A stretch of DNA of 64,000 nt, from the IMG/VR virus record IMGVR_UViG_3300031977_001585, positions 14,535 through 78,534 of that record. The stretch is one strand, 5' to 3'. The translations under genes were made by a program, and so were the position numbers. The notes under the pieces were generated by a model that was not told the DNA's origin, ran no database searches, and was given only the letters and a program-made list of their open reading frames with translations. Each line of letters opens with the position of its first letter. The first letter of the stretch is position 1. Positions 20,721-29,231 of the stretch are shown here, one piece after another. Origin of the DNA: a virus.

Positions 20721-21233
20721 ATGAAGACTTACAAGGGACGATACAAACCAAGCAACCCGTCGAAGTACGTAGGTGACATCGACAACGTGGTGTATCGTTC
20801 GGGGTGGGAACGTCACGTAATGAAGTGGTGTGACACCAACCCCGATGTCGAACAATGGATGTCCGAAGAACTAATTATACCATACATATGTGAGACTGAC
20901 AAGAAACCTCACCGATACTTTATGGACTTTGTGATCAAGTATCGATCCGGTCGAGTGACACTGGTTGAAGTCAAACCAGAGAAAGAGACCAAACGTCCAG
21001 AGAGGACGCAAGGCAAGTCACGACAGAGACTGCTCAGTGAGGGTCTCACCTACGTTAAGAATCAGTCCAAGTGGAAGGCTGCATCCGAATACGCAAAGGA
21101 TCGGGGATACCACTTCGAGATCTGGACAGAGAAAGAACTCACCGCAATGGGCATCATGCCCAAGTCGACGCAACGCATGCGTACTAAGAAACCCCTGAAA
21201 AAATTACCCCCGTTCAGAAAAAAGAAAAAATGA
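20721..21233 (+). CDS. gp4: Head completion protein gp4 (TnsA-like nuclease fold)
   Basis: YKG.YKP.NP.KY.GD..N.VYRS.WE...M.WCD, HRYF.DF, EVKP, Y.KNQ.KW.AA. Confidence 0.93.
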   Translation: MKTYKGRYKPSNPSKYVGDIDNVVYRSGWERHVMKWCDTNPDVEQWMSEELIIPYICETDKKPHRYFMDFVIKYRSGRVTLVEVKPEKETKRPERTQGKSRQRLLSEGLTYVKNQSKWKAASEYAKDRGYHFEIWTEKELTAMGIMPKSTQRMRTKKPLKKLPPFRKKKK

Positions 21234-21234
21234 G

Positions 21235-21242
21235 TATAAATA
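21235..21242 (+). promoter_or_regulatory. T4-type late promoter TATAAATA
   Basis: Exact motif upstream of gp2. Confidence 0.8.
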
Positions 21243-21273
21243 GAACCATTAGGTCTTAACAGAACGGATACAC

Positions 21274-21873
21274 ATGTCTAACATCTTTCAACGACTAGAG
21301 TTACAGGCGTTCCGTGCTGGGGTCACTCCACGTACCAAGGAGTCCCGTGCATGGTTTCAAAAGAAAATTAAGAACCTTCGTAGCATCAATCGTGAAGAAC
21401 TAATGAAAGAAGATCCCCTGAAGCAGACTTCAGAGGAGATTGTGGGTAGTATGTACATGTTCTTCTATGACCCAAAGTTCAAGAACGATCGAGTCAAACT
21501 ACCGTACTTCGATTCGTTCCCTTTGGTTGTAGTTGTCGGTCCAGCAAAGGGTGGGTTCTTGGGGTTAAACCTCCACTATCTACCTCCAGTGCTACGAGCA
21601 AAGATGCTCGACGCATTGATGGATATCACCAACAACGAGAAGTTCGATAAAACGACTCGGTTCAAGATGTCGTATGAGTTGCTGGTTAAGACAAGCAAAT
21701 TAAAATACTTCAAGCCGTGCCTCAAGCACTACTTGAACGAACATGTCCAGAGTAGATTCGCAATGGTACCTCCACCAGAGTGGGAGATTGCTACGTTCTT
21801 GCCAACACAGCAGTTCCGTTATGCAAGCAATGCGAAGGTCTACTACGACTCGAAACAGATGATAGGTGACTAA
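21274..21873 (+). CDS. gp2: DNA end protector protein gp2
   Basis: G.MYMFFYDPK.K...LPY.D.FPL, GLNLHYLPP..RA, K.YL..HV.SRF. Confidence 0.93.
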   Translation: MSNIFQRLELQAFRAGVTPRTKESRAWFQKKIKNLRSINREELMKEDPLKQTSEEIVGSMYMFFYDPKFKNDRVKLPYFDSFPLVVVVGPAKGGFLGLNLHYLPPVLRAKMLDALMDITNNEKFDKTTRFKMSYELLVKTSKLKYFKPCLKHYLNEHVQSRFAMVPPPEWEIATFLPTQQFRYASNAKVYYDSKQMIGD

Positions 21874-21875
21874 TC

Positions 21876-22505
21876 GTGGCAGGGATAGAAGAATTAAAGA
21901 GCAAGGTGATCTCGAAGAATGGTATGGCATTCTCGAACCAGTTCGGGATCGAGTTGCCTAGCATAGGTTCAGAAGACAAAGACACCCTGAACATCCTATG
22001 TAAGACTGCTGAACTTCCTGGTAAACAGATCACTACACTTGACCGTAATATAGGATTGCAGTTTGAAAAAGTAGTAAATGGATTTGCGGTTGCTGACGTT
22101 ACGGTATCATTCATCATGCTGAATGACTACGGTGTCAAGAAATACTTTGACAAGTGGCAGAGTCTTATGGTAGACGAAGAGGGTGGTCGTGTAGCATATA
22201 AGACAGACTACGCAAAGAAGATCACCATCCACCAGTTGTCAAAACCGCAAGTACGACTAGGATTCGACCTAGGTCCACTTGATTTCAATTTCGATCTTTT
22301 CGGCAACTCTATATACAGTGTAGAGTTAGAGGACGCATTCCCGACATCGATCAATGCAATCTCTCTAGCAAACGACGCAGACCAGTTGGTTGAGTTCTCA
22401 GTGCAGTTCTCATTCACTCGATGGTCTGTCAAGCAAGACAAACGTGATAGTCTATCAGACATCATTGACGCTAAATTTAACGTGAACTTGGGCAAGTACA
22501 TTTAA
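21876..22505 (+). CDS. gp54: Baseplate-tail tube initiator gp54-like (gp19 fold)
   Basis: N.F.IELP, C..AELPG.QI.T, FD.WQ, L.DAFPTSI; position. Confidence 0.75.
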   Translation: MAGIEELKSKVISKNGMAFSNQFGIELPSIGSEDKDTLNILCKTAELPGKQITTLDRNIGLQFEKVVNGFAVADVTVSFIMLNDYGVKKYFDKWQSLMVDEEGGRVAYKTDYAKKITIHQLSKPQVRLGFDLGPLDFNFDLFGNSIYSVELEDAFPTSINAISLANDADQLVEFSVQFSFTRWSVKQDKRDSLSDIIDAKFNVNLGKYI

Positions 22506-22520
22506 ATTATAGGATAAATT

Positions 22521-23228
22521 ATGGCATTACCAAAACTAAACGATAATCCTAGTTATAGGGTTACGGTACCGTCGACGGGGCAAGAAACTTCGTTCCGTCC
22601 GTTCTTGGTCAAAGAGCAAAAGGCATTGTTGATTGCATATGAGACACAAGACAAGAAGGATATGATTCGTGCTGTTTTAAGAACGATCGAAGCATGTGTT
22701 GAAGAACCGTTAAAGGGAAATCTTACTACATTCGATGTAGACTATCTGTTCACGAAGATCCGTGCTAAGTCTGTCGGTGAAACTGCGGACATTCAAGTAA
22801 AGTGTTCGAAGTGTGAAGCAGTAAATGAAGTATCGGTTGAATTGGACGAAGTTGTGATGTCCGGTGAGGTTTCCGAAAATGTTATCGCACTCAATGATGA
22901 CGTATCTATTGAAATGAGATACCCGACCTACGAGCAATTTATGGACAGTCAAACCTTGCTCGAAGACGGTTCTCCAACAGAGACCTTAATGGATCTTTTG
23001 GTGGTTTGCATGGATAGTGTGTTGACAGAAGAAGAACGTATCGATATGTCCGGAGAAACTCGGGAGTCGATCAATGAGTTCTTAGAGTCGATGACTGCAG
23101 ATCAGTTCGAACGAGTCACGACATTCGTAAGTAATATGCCTACAGTTTCGCAGGACATAGTCTTCAAGTGTACCTCATGTAAGACTAAGAACACACGAAC
23201 CCTCAAGGGGATGGATGATTTTTTTTAA
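22521..23228 (+). CDS. gp26: Baseplate hub assembly protein gp26
   Basis: MALPKL..P.Y...PSTG....FRPFLVKEQK.LL.A, FD.DYLF..IRAKSVGE, two CxxC motifs, ends L.G..DFF. Confidence 0.92.
   Translation: MALPKLNDNPSYRVTVPSTGQETSFRPFLVKEQKALLIAYETQDKKDMIRAVLRTIEACVEEPLKGNLTTFDVDYLFTKIRAKSVGETADIQVKCSKCEAVNEVSVELDEVVMSGEVSENVIALNDDVSIEMRYPTYEQFMDSQTLLEDGSPTETLMDLLVVCMDSVLTEEERIDMSGETRESINEFLESMTADQFERVTTFVSNMPTVSQDIVFKCTSCKTKNTRTLKGMDDFF
23219..23228 (+). promoter_or_regulatory. Putative -1 ribosomal frameshift site (T TTT TTT, then TAA)
   Basis: Run of 8 T immediately before the gp26 stop; the -1 frame is open into gp51. Confidence 0.65.
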
Positions 23229-23251
23229 TAAACCTCTCTCACGATAACTTG

Positions 23252-23410
23252 ATGAACTACTATCAAGTCAATTTCCAACTACTAACAAATTTCAGTTACT
23301 CGTTGGATGAAGTCGAAAGAATGATACCGTGGGAGAGAGAAATTTATTTGACGATGCTAATCGAAGACATCAAAGAGAAGAACGAAAGAGCAAAGCAACA
23401 ACAAGGATAA
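23252..23410 (+). CDS. gp51: Baseplate hub assembly catalyst gp51-like (probably also made as a gp26-gp51 fusion)
   Basis: Not in the ORF track. MNYYQVNFQLLTNFSYSLDEVERMIPWEREIYLTMLIEDIKEKNERAKQQQG; the YSL.E.E.MIPWERE.Y motif is characteristic. Confidence 0.85.
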   Translation: MNYYQVNFQLLTNFSYSLDEVERMIPWEREIYLTMLIEDIKEKNERAKQQQG

Positions 23411-23414
23411 AAAA

Positions 23415-25067
23415 ATGGCAGCCACTCTTGATTCTGTTGTACAAGAACTTCAAACGCAGAGAACCGAAAATAAGACCAATTCGGAATCTGTTACTGAAGT
23501 TATGGGAGACGTACGCAATCGTGTAGGGATGTCTAACAGCACTCTGCTTGACATGGTTGGTAATGTTCGTCGTCTCGATAGAAATATCATCGCAATAAAG
23601 AATGCTCCAAACGGAATGTCAGATGATTTAGTAAATGCTCTTGTCCCTTTGCGTATAGGTATCATGACACTAGTTGCTGATACTAAAAGCATGTTAAGGG
23701 CAGTCACCTCTCCACCTCCAGTAAACCCAGACGATTTAGAAACAGCAAGAGACGACGCATCATATAAATCCAACGTGCTCAAGTTGTTGACTGAAATTCG
23801 TGACCGTAGTAGTAGTGGAAACTCCAACGACGACGACGACGAACCAAGTAATTCTCCTAGGAGATCTGGTGGTGCATTGGGTGTTCTTATTGGTCCTGCC
23901 GCAACACTTGCGGTTATATTAGGATCATTAGCAGGTGCAGCTGCTGGCATAACAAAACCTCTTCGAATGATGGCGGGTGCAGTTGGTAGACTCTTAAAAT
24001 CAATGAGTCCTCAATTCATTAAAGACTTTGCAAAACGAATAAAAACTTTTGCTGTCGATATGGGAAAGAGAGCAAGGGATGTCTTCGTTGCATTCGTTAC
24101 CACTGTTAAATCTACTGCTAGTATGATAGGCAACACTATAAAAGCAGTGGTTGTAGAAAGTAAACTTGGGCAGACAGTAAGTCGTGTTAAGGATGGATTT
24201 AAATCACTTGCGGCACCATTCAAAACCCTAGGAGATACTTTGGGTAGAGGAAAGGGGATGCTAAGTGGTATCGTACAACCGTTTCAAAAATTTGGTGGGT
24301 TCTTCAAATCCTTTGTGGGTACAATCGGTGCGGTCTTTAAAATTGTAGGAAAATTATTTGCTCCACTATCTGCTATCATCATCATAGGTAAAAATATTGT
24401 TAGTGATTTGATGAGTGGTGACTTTGGATTCGGTACCATAAAAAATATCATCGATGATCTCATAAAATTCTTCGTCACCGATTTGCTTGATTTGATTAAA
24501 GGAGCATTTGCTTGGATCGCAGAAAAACTTGGGTTTGACGGCATAGCAGAATCTTTAAACTCTTTCAGTTTCTCGGGACTGTATCAAAAATTATCAGACA
24601 CTATCTCAGACACCATCGGTGGTTTCTTTGATGCCTTTAAAGATGAAGGTGGGAAACTAAATTTTGGTAAGATGATAGGATTTGTTCTACAAAAATTTAT
24701 CTCTGTAGCAACGTCTATTCCACGAGCAATATTGAGAGGACTTGCAACAGCCGCAGAAGAGTACCTCCCAGACTTTTTAAGTTCCAAAGTTGCGGATGGT
24801 CTAAGGGGAATGGAAGGTAAACTTGATAAAGCATTCGGTATCGATGCGGACGTAAGTGGAGCAATTGCCGCACGTAAGTCTGCTCGTGCGGCAGAACTGA
24901 ATGAGGCAACTCAAGAGTCAGATGAGTTGAAAAGAACTGCTGGCAACGTCACCATCATGGACAACTCTCAGAAGAATACTGTCTCCGGTGGTGGGGGTGG
25001 TGGATCACCGTCACTGGGTACGTCGTCTGCAACAGACGCACACGATCCAGCAACAAGTCACATATAA
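23415..25067 (+). CDS. Tape measure/baseplate hub protein, gp29-like
   Basis: Follows gp26/gp51; long amphipathic G/A/F/K-rich helical repeats. Confidence 0.7.
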   Translation: MAATLDSVVQELQTQRTENKTNSESVTEVMGDVRNRVGMSNSTLLDMVGNVRRLDRNIIAIKNAPNGMSDDLVNALVPLRIGIMTLVADTKSMLRAVTSPPPVNPDDLETARDDASYKSNVLKLLTEIRDRSSSGNSNDDDDEPSNSPRRSGGALGVLIGPAATLAVILGSLAGAAAGITKPLRMMAGAVGRLLKSMSPQFIKDFAKRIKTFAVDMGKRARDVFVAFVTTVKSTASMIGNTIKAVVVESKLGQTVSRVKDGFKSLAAPFKTLGDTLGRGKGMLSGIVQPFQKFGGFFKSFVGTIGAVFKIVGKLFAPLSAIIIIGKNIVSDLMSGDFGFGTIKNIIDDLIKFFVTDLLDLIKGAFAWIAEKLGFDGIAESLNSFSFSGLYQKLSDTISDTIGGFFDAFKDEGGKLNFGKMIGFVLQKFISVATSIPRAILRGLATAAEEYLPDFLSSKVADGLRGMEGKLDKAFGIDADVSGAIAARKSARAAELNEATQESDELKRTAGNVTIMDNSQKNTVSGGGGGGSPSLGTSSATDAHDPATSHI

Positions 25068-25071
25068 GAAA

Positions 25072-25099
25072 AAGGGGACTCGATGTCCCCTTATTTTTT
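25072..25099. terminator. Bidirectional intrinsic terminator
   Basis: AAGGGGAC-TCGAT-GTCCCCTT flanked by A and T tracts, between convergent genes. Confidence 0.85.
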
Positions 25100-25344
25100 T
25101 ACTTCAAGTGTGTTTCAATTTCACCTAAGATTCTTGACTTACTCCAAGACTTGCGGACAACAATGCCGTTAGTCTCAGCAGTCTCGATCAACTGTGCCTT
25201 AGACAAGTTGACCAAGTCTGGTTGACTTGGGGTGGTAGGTCGACCACCACCCGTAGTCTTTTCTGGTTTGCTTGATACCGATCGGTAGATCAGACCAAAC
25301 GCAACCAGACCCGCAAGAATCAGAATAATCATATTAGTATCCAT
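25099..25344 (-). CDS. Small membrane-anchored protein with Rho-N/HEH-like C-terminus
   Basis: N-terminal TM; L..LSKAQL.E.AE..GI......SK..I. Confidence 0.55.
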   Translation of the reverse strand: MDTNMIILILAGLVAFGLIYRSVSSKPEKTTGGGRPTTPSQPDLVNLSKAQLIETAETNGIVVRKSWSKSRILGEIETHLK

Positions 25345-25347
25345 TGA

Positions 25348-26298
25348 TTAGTCCTCCGCAGCCATCTGAGCAAAATAGGAAAGAGTGTCGTCTTCTTCTG
25401 CGGCAACCGCAGGAGTTGGTGCCGCAGCAGGTGCGGAAACGACAGTCGGTTCATCTGCAGTTGCGAAAGGTGCCGCCTCTGCAGTCTGAGCAAGTGCTTC
25501 GTTCTTCAACGTTGCACCAGCACCAGTAGCAAGACCCAGTACAGTCTCCAGTTTTGCCTTCAGATCATCGTAAGACTTAAACCAGTTAGGATCGTGTGCA
25601 TTCGGATAATTAGGTACCACAAACTCGTTCAGATCATATAGAGAGTTGTAGATTGCTTCAAGTTGTGTCTCATCGGCACCAGCAAGAGGAGCAGTTGTCT
25701 TGAAGTCAGACTTATCGTAGTTACGGTATCCAGCAACGTTGCGGATCTTCAACTCGAAGTCTGCTCCACCCCAAAAATCAAATGGGTTGACAGGTTCTTC
25801 TCCAGGGAATTCTGGTTGCATCTGATCCATGATCTTGTCGAAGATCTTCTTGCCGAACTCATAGATGAATACCTTGCCGTTGTTGGCAGGGTTGGCAGGA
25901 TCGTTGATGACTTGAATGTTAGTGACGTAGTGCAGACGACGCTTCTGTCGACGTGCAGTCTCTTTGTCCTCTTCAATGCCAGAGTTCCACAGACGTGAGT
26001 TTAACTCACCGACTGGGTCGTTCTGACCTAGAGTTGTAAGAGATCGTTCGATATACCACTGACCAGTTGGACCCTTGAATGCGTGGTCCCAGTAACGTAC
26101 CCACGGAAGATCTTGACCTTCGGTCGCAGGTAGGAAACGAATGACTGCGTAACCGTTACCCTGTTCATCAACAGTCGGTTTCCACTTTCGGTCGTCTTGG
26201 TATTTGTTGGTGTTTGAGACCTGACCAGATGCTTCAGTTGCCGCACTGACCAGTTTAGAGATGTCCATAGATCTGGACTTGAGATTTGCAAAAGACAT
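25348..26298 (-). CDS. gp32: Single-stranded DNA-binding protein gp32
   Basis: DDR.WKP.VD..GNGYAVIRFLP, H.F.GP.G.WYIE.SLTT, GKKIFDKI, NPFDFW.GA.F.LK, C-terminal DD.LSYF. Confidence 0.97.
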   Translation of the reverse strand: MSFANLKSRSMDISKLVSAATEASGQVSNTNKYQDDRKWKPTVDEQGNGYAVIRFLPATEGQDLPWVRYWDHAFKGPTGQWYIERSLTTLGQNDPVGELNSRLWNSGIEEDKETARRQKRRLHYVTNIQVINDPANPANNGKVFIYEFGKKIFDKIMDQMQPEFPGEEPVNPFDFWGGADFELKIRNVAGYRNYDKSDFKTTAPLAGADETQLEAIYNSLYDLNEFVVPNYPNAHDPNWFKSYDDLKAKLETVLGLATGAGATLKNEALAQTAEAAPFATADEPTVVSAPAAAPTPAVAAEEDDTLSYFAQMAAED

Positions 26299-26359
26299 AA
26301 TATGTTCCTTGTATAAACTAAAATATAAACTTAAGTATGAATTACCTCTAGGGCATATG

Positions 26360-26367
26360 TATTTATA
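26360..26367 (-). promoter_or_regulatory. T4-type late promoter upstream of gp32
   Basis: Exact TATAAATA followed by an A/U-rich leader. Confidence 0.7.
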
Positions 26368-26599
26368 CGTCCAGAGTGTTCTGCTTCGGCAAAAAGTTTA
26401 ATTGCCGTGCCTCCGATTCGAGATGCTCAACGATAGTAGGTGTTAGATACTTTTTGATATCCTCCAACTCCAATCCGTTCTTTTCGCATAGGTGCACAAT
26501 GCTGTCCATGTAGGACATCTTGTTTTGGTACACGAAGGTTTCGATCATCTGAGAGAAAGACTTTTTCGTTAGAAATTTTTCTTCTGTGTTCTCATCCAT
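26363..26599 (-). CDS. gp33: Late-transcription co-activator gp33
   Basis: F...IE..V.....YMDSIV.LCEKN.LE.E.I.K.L.....E.LE.EA..LNFL; directly upstream of gp32. Confidence 0.88.
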   Translation of the reverse strand: MDENTEEKFLTKKSFSQMIETFVYQNKMSYMDSIVHLCEKNGLELEDIKKYLTPTIVEHLESEARQLNFLPKQNTLDV

Positions 26600-26858
26600 T
26601 GATTACCTCAATGTTGGAGACGCTATCCACACGGAAAGACCTCCAATCTTGTGAGTCAATCGAATATGCTCGAACGACAGATCGGTTAGCAGAGTTTGCT
26701 TCCACACGTGACACCTTATCTCCGGAGAGTTCAGGCATGTATTCAGTGAGCAGAGTGCATGCCATGATGCGTTCCTCACCGTTTACCTTTGTGAAAGTAA
26801 CTTCAAGAACATTCTTGCGTAGTTGGTCTACGATTTTTTCATAATCAAAAAATGTCAT
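26592..26858 (-). CDS. WYL-like/SH3-barrel protein
   Basis: V.EVTFTKVNGEER.M.CTL and D...WRSFRVD motifs. Confidence 0.7.
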   Translation of the reverse strand: MTFFDYEKIVDQLRKNVLEVTFTKVNGEERIMACTLLTEYMPELSGDKVSRVEANSANRSVVRAYSIDSQDWRSFRVDSVSNIEVING

Positions 26859-26869
26859 GGTAGACCCCC

Positions 26870-27178
26870 TTAGAAACGTTCGAATTCTTCGTCCTCTTCT
26901 GCGGACTCTTCTGAGTCTGCTTCTTGATGGACAAATTCAAGGAACTCTTCACTCTGGTCCAAGACAGCAATTGTGTGCTCGAATGCTTCCAGAGTACGAA
27001 TAACTGCTTGTCGAGTTTCGTCATCTTCGGGTTTTTCACCGTGCTCCTTGATAAACAAATCAAGTGTATCAAGGTAGGCACAACGCATGTACTCACGGGT
27101 AATGAGTTCCACGTCGTTACGTGGGTACTGACCTAGGTCGATCAGATTTTCAGGTTGTGGGATTGCCATTAATTCCAT
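26870..27178 (-). CDS. Hypothetical acidic protein
   Basis: ORF in operon, tightly packed. Confidence 0.6.
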   Translation of the reverse strand: MELMAIPQPENLIDLGQYPRNDVELITREYMRCAYLDTLDLFIKEHGEKPEDDETRQAVIRTLEAFEHTIAVLDQSEEFLEFVHQEADSEESAEEDEEFERF

Positions 27179-27390
27179 TCCTCTGAGTTTGTAGTAACTA
27201 AGTCTGAAAATTGACCTTCAATAAAACGATCAGTATCAGACCAACTAATGTTGGACTTGTAATCTTGACGATCCAAGACCTCAACTTCTTTTGCCAGTGC
27301 TTCATTAGCACGTGCGATTTTGCCACGTTTCTGAATCTTAAGGGCAGCCTTACGAATCATTGCGTAACGTTCCTCTTTCGAGATTGCCAT
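27169..27390 (-). CDS. Hypothetical protein
   Basis: ORF with upstream GAGGT SD-like sequence. Confidence 0.6.
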   Translation of the reverse strand: MAISKEERYAMIRKAALKIQKRGKIARANEALAKEVEVLDRQDYKSNISWSDTDRFIEGQFSDLVTTNSEEWN

Positions 27391-27425
27391 AATTATACCT
27401 CACTATGTATATGCCTGTCAAGCGG

Positions 27426-27572
27426 TTAAAACCCGTTGTTTGGATATAACTTATCCTCGGGGTAACCACGTTTCTTTACTTCTTTCTTACGATCGATGTG
27501 GGTAGATGGCCGATTGAACTTCGGAGCATTCTTTGCTACCGGATTCGATCGTCTGGTAGACTTCTTCTTCAT
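27426..27572 (-). CDS. Small basic protein (48 aa)
   Basis: MKKKSTRRSNPVAKNAPKFNRPSTHIDRKKEVKKRGY; NPVAK..KFN....H.DRKK type of phage protein. The start is shortened relative to the track. Confidence 0.6.
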   Translation of the reverse strand: MKKKSTRRSNPVAKNAPKFNRPSTHIDRKKEVKKRGYPEDKLYPNNGF

Positions 27573-27972
27573 AACGATATGCTTCTTCTTCCCAAGGTTG
27601 ATCAGCATACCCGACGTTAACGTACTCGACTCCGTCGAAGATATGCTTGTAAACAATACTGTGCCTCTGGTCACACCAAGTCAAACCGATGTGGAGCAGT
27701 CGACCCGTGAGGATCTGAACTGCGTGAATCAGTTCGTGTGCGATATGCACTTTCAATTGAGTATCGTCGACATCGTTGGTTCGCAATCGGACATCGACAC
27801 GATCCTCTGTACCGTCTGCCTCACCCGAAAAGATTCCGATATCATCGGCAAAGGACACCTTGATGTATCCTCCTAAACGACCAATCCCAAGTGACTCCGC
27901 ACAACGAAACACGTAGTCAGAGATCTCGAAACTGGGAGAGTCCTCGACGATGACGTTCTCTGCAATATTCAC
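27487..27972 (-). CDS. HExxH zinc metallopeptidase-like protein
   Basis: IAHELIHAVQ and Y.DQPWEEEAY. Confidence 0.7.
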   Translation of the reverse strand: MNIAENVIVEDSPSFEISDYVFRCAESLGIGRLGGYIKVSFADDIGIFSGEADGTEDRVDVRLRTNDVDDTQLKVHIAHELIHAVQILTGRLLHIGLTWCDQRHSIVYKHIFDGVEYVNVGYADQPWEEEAYRYEEEVYQTIESGSKECSEVQSAIYPHRS

Positions 27973-28199
27973 TTCGGCATTACCATCTTGTTATCACGGA
28001 ACTCAACACCCTCTGGTCCGGTCAACTTACCAAGCAACCACCAATCCTCTGCCTTCATAGCAGGAACGAACTGGTCACGGTCATCCTTGAACTTCGGACC
28101 CATCTCGTTGTAGTTGTTAAGGTACTCAACTGCTTCCATAAAAGATTCGAACTCTTGGACACAAAGACGATTATTCAATTTTGGTTTTGCTGTAAACAT
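27969..28199 (-). CDS. Hypothetical protein
   Basis: ATG at 28199 with AAGGAG SD, overlapping the upstream stop. Confidence 0.6.
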   Translation of the reverse strand: MFTAKPKLNNRLCVQEFESFMEAVEYLNNYNEMGPKFKDDRDQFVPAMKAEDWWLLGKLTGPEGVEFRDNKMVMPK

Positions 28200-28360
28200 T
28201 ACTGATCTCCTTTCATTTCGTGACGGTACTCTCTCTTCAACCACCACTTGTACATTCTAAAATATTCTGCTGAATCGTAGAGGGGACTGCGACCCGTGAA
28301 CTGTGTCACTTCGTCGCAGTGCTCGTACCACTTCTGACTACACCAATGACGGAAACTCAT
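28199..28360 (-). CDS. Small W/Y-rich hypothetical protein (53 aa)
   Basis: Not in the track: MSFRHWCSQKWYEHCDEVTQFTGRSPLYDSAEYFRMYKWWLKREYRHEMKGDQ; TAATG overlaps on both sides. Confidence 0.7.
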   Translation of the reverse strand: MSFRHWCSQKWYEHCDEVTQFTGRSPLYDSAEYFRMYKWWLKREYRHEMKGDQ

Positions 28361-28914
28361 TATGCGTACCAACTACGGTAGAAGTCTTTGCCTTCTTCGG
28401 CAGGACTAGCATATCGAACGTCGTCGATGTTGATGCCACGACCAGTGATTCGTTTCTTGAACTCAGCACCGATGAACTCATCCTTGACAGGAACGACACG
28501 GTCACTCATGAAACCTTCACTACCCTCAACAGAGGCAACCGCAATCTCACGCAGAGTAACAGTCGCACCCTTCTTGGCAACAACCTGGTAAGCATCAATG
28601 TTAGTCTGCTCCCAACCCCAAGACGCAACGTAGAGATCACCTTCCTTGACACTCTCAAGGGCAGCTGCCTTAGCAACAGCACGGGCAATCTTACGATCTT
28701 GCTTCTGAACTTCAGCACGATCAAGATCAACAAGGAACTGCTCAACGTGCTCGATCATGCGAGCAACACTACCGTAACGGTAAGCAAACTCAGTCTTGTA
28801 ACCCAGACGGGCACGTTTGCTAGGACGTTGACAAACCGCAGTGATCTTATCTTCGTCGATGTTCAACTCAAGACCACGTGCTTCGTACTTCTCAATCAAT
28901 GTTTTCATAATCAA
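28360..28914 (-). CDS. Early hypothetical protein
   Basis: First gene behind an early promoter; SWGWEQTNIDAYQVV motif common in phage early ORFs. Confidence 0.7.
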   Translation of the reverse strand: MIMKTLIEKYEARGLELNIDEDKITAVCQRPSKRARLGYKTEFAYRYGSVARMIEHVEQFLVDLDRAEVQKQDRKIARAVAKAAALESVKEGDLYVASWGWEQTNIDAYQVVAKKGATVTLREIAVASVEGSEGFMSDRVVPVKDEFIGAEFKKRITGRGINIDDVRYASPAEEGKDFYRSWYA

Positions 28915-28937
28915 TCCTCAACTCAATTTACACAGTA

Positions 28938-28975
28938 ATTATAGCAAATCTGGAACAAATGTCAACACTTTTTTA
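28938..28975 (-). promoter_or_regulatory. Sigma70-type early promoter
   Basis: A-tract, GTGTTGACA-N16-TATAAT. Confidence 0.8.
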
Positions 28976-28983
28976 AAACTTTT

Positions 28984-29220
28984 TTATGGTAATTTCTCAC
29001 AATAGATCGGATCTATTTTTCGTTCAACAATCTCCATCGCACATGGGTCACTGGCAAAAACCTTCCAAGTCCCATCGTACTGACTTGCAATCGTGATCTC
29101 GAACTCCTCTCCGTAAACGTCATACGCCTCAAACTTGAACTCGTAGAAGATGTTAGGTTCTCCTAATCGTTCTACTAACCGTTCATAAGACGCATCAATA
29201 TATCCCTGTAAACAACTCAT
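28984..29220 (-). CDS. Hypothetical protein
   Basis: GAGGT SD; LQGYIDASYERLVERLGEP motif. Confidence 0.65.
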   Translation of the reverse strand: MSCLQGYIDASYERLVERLGEPNIFYEFKFEAYDVYGEEFEITIASQYDGTWKVFASDPCAMEIVERKIDPIYCEKLP

Positions 29221-29231
29221 GACAACCTCAC

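Noticed and set aside
20721-21233. TnsA-like transposase suggesting a mobile element
   Set aside because: It is T4 head completion gp4 in its normal context; there are no other Tn7 genes.
23329-23526. 65-aa ORF between gp26 and the tape measure gene
   Set aside because: Wrong frame; the real gene is gp51 at 23252..23410.
28200-28360. Apparent intergenic gap, possible tRNA/ncRNA
   Set aside because: It is exactly filled by a 53-aa ORF with TAATG overlaps, and has no cloverleaf.
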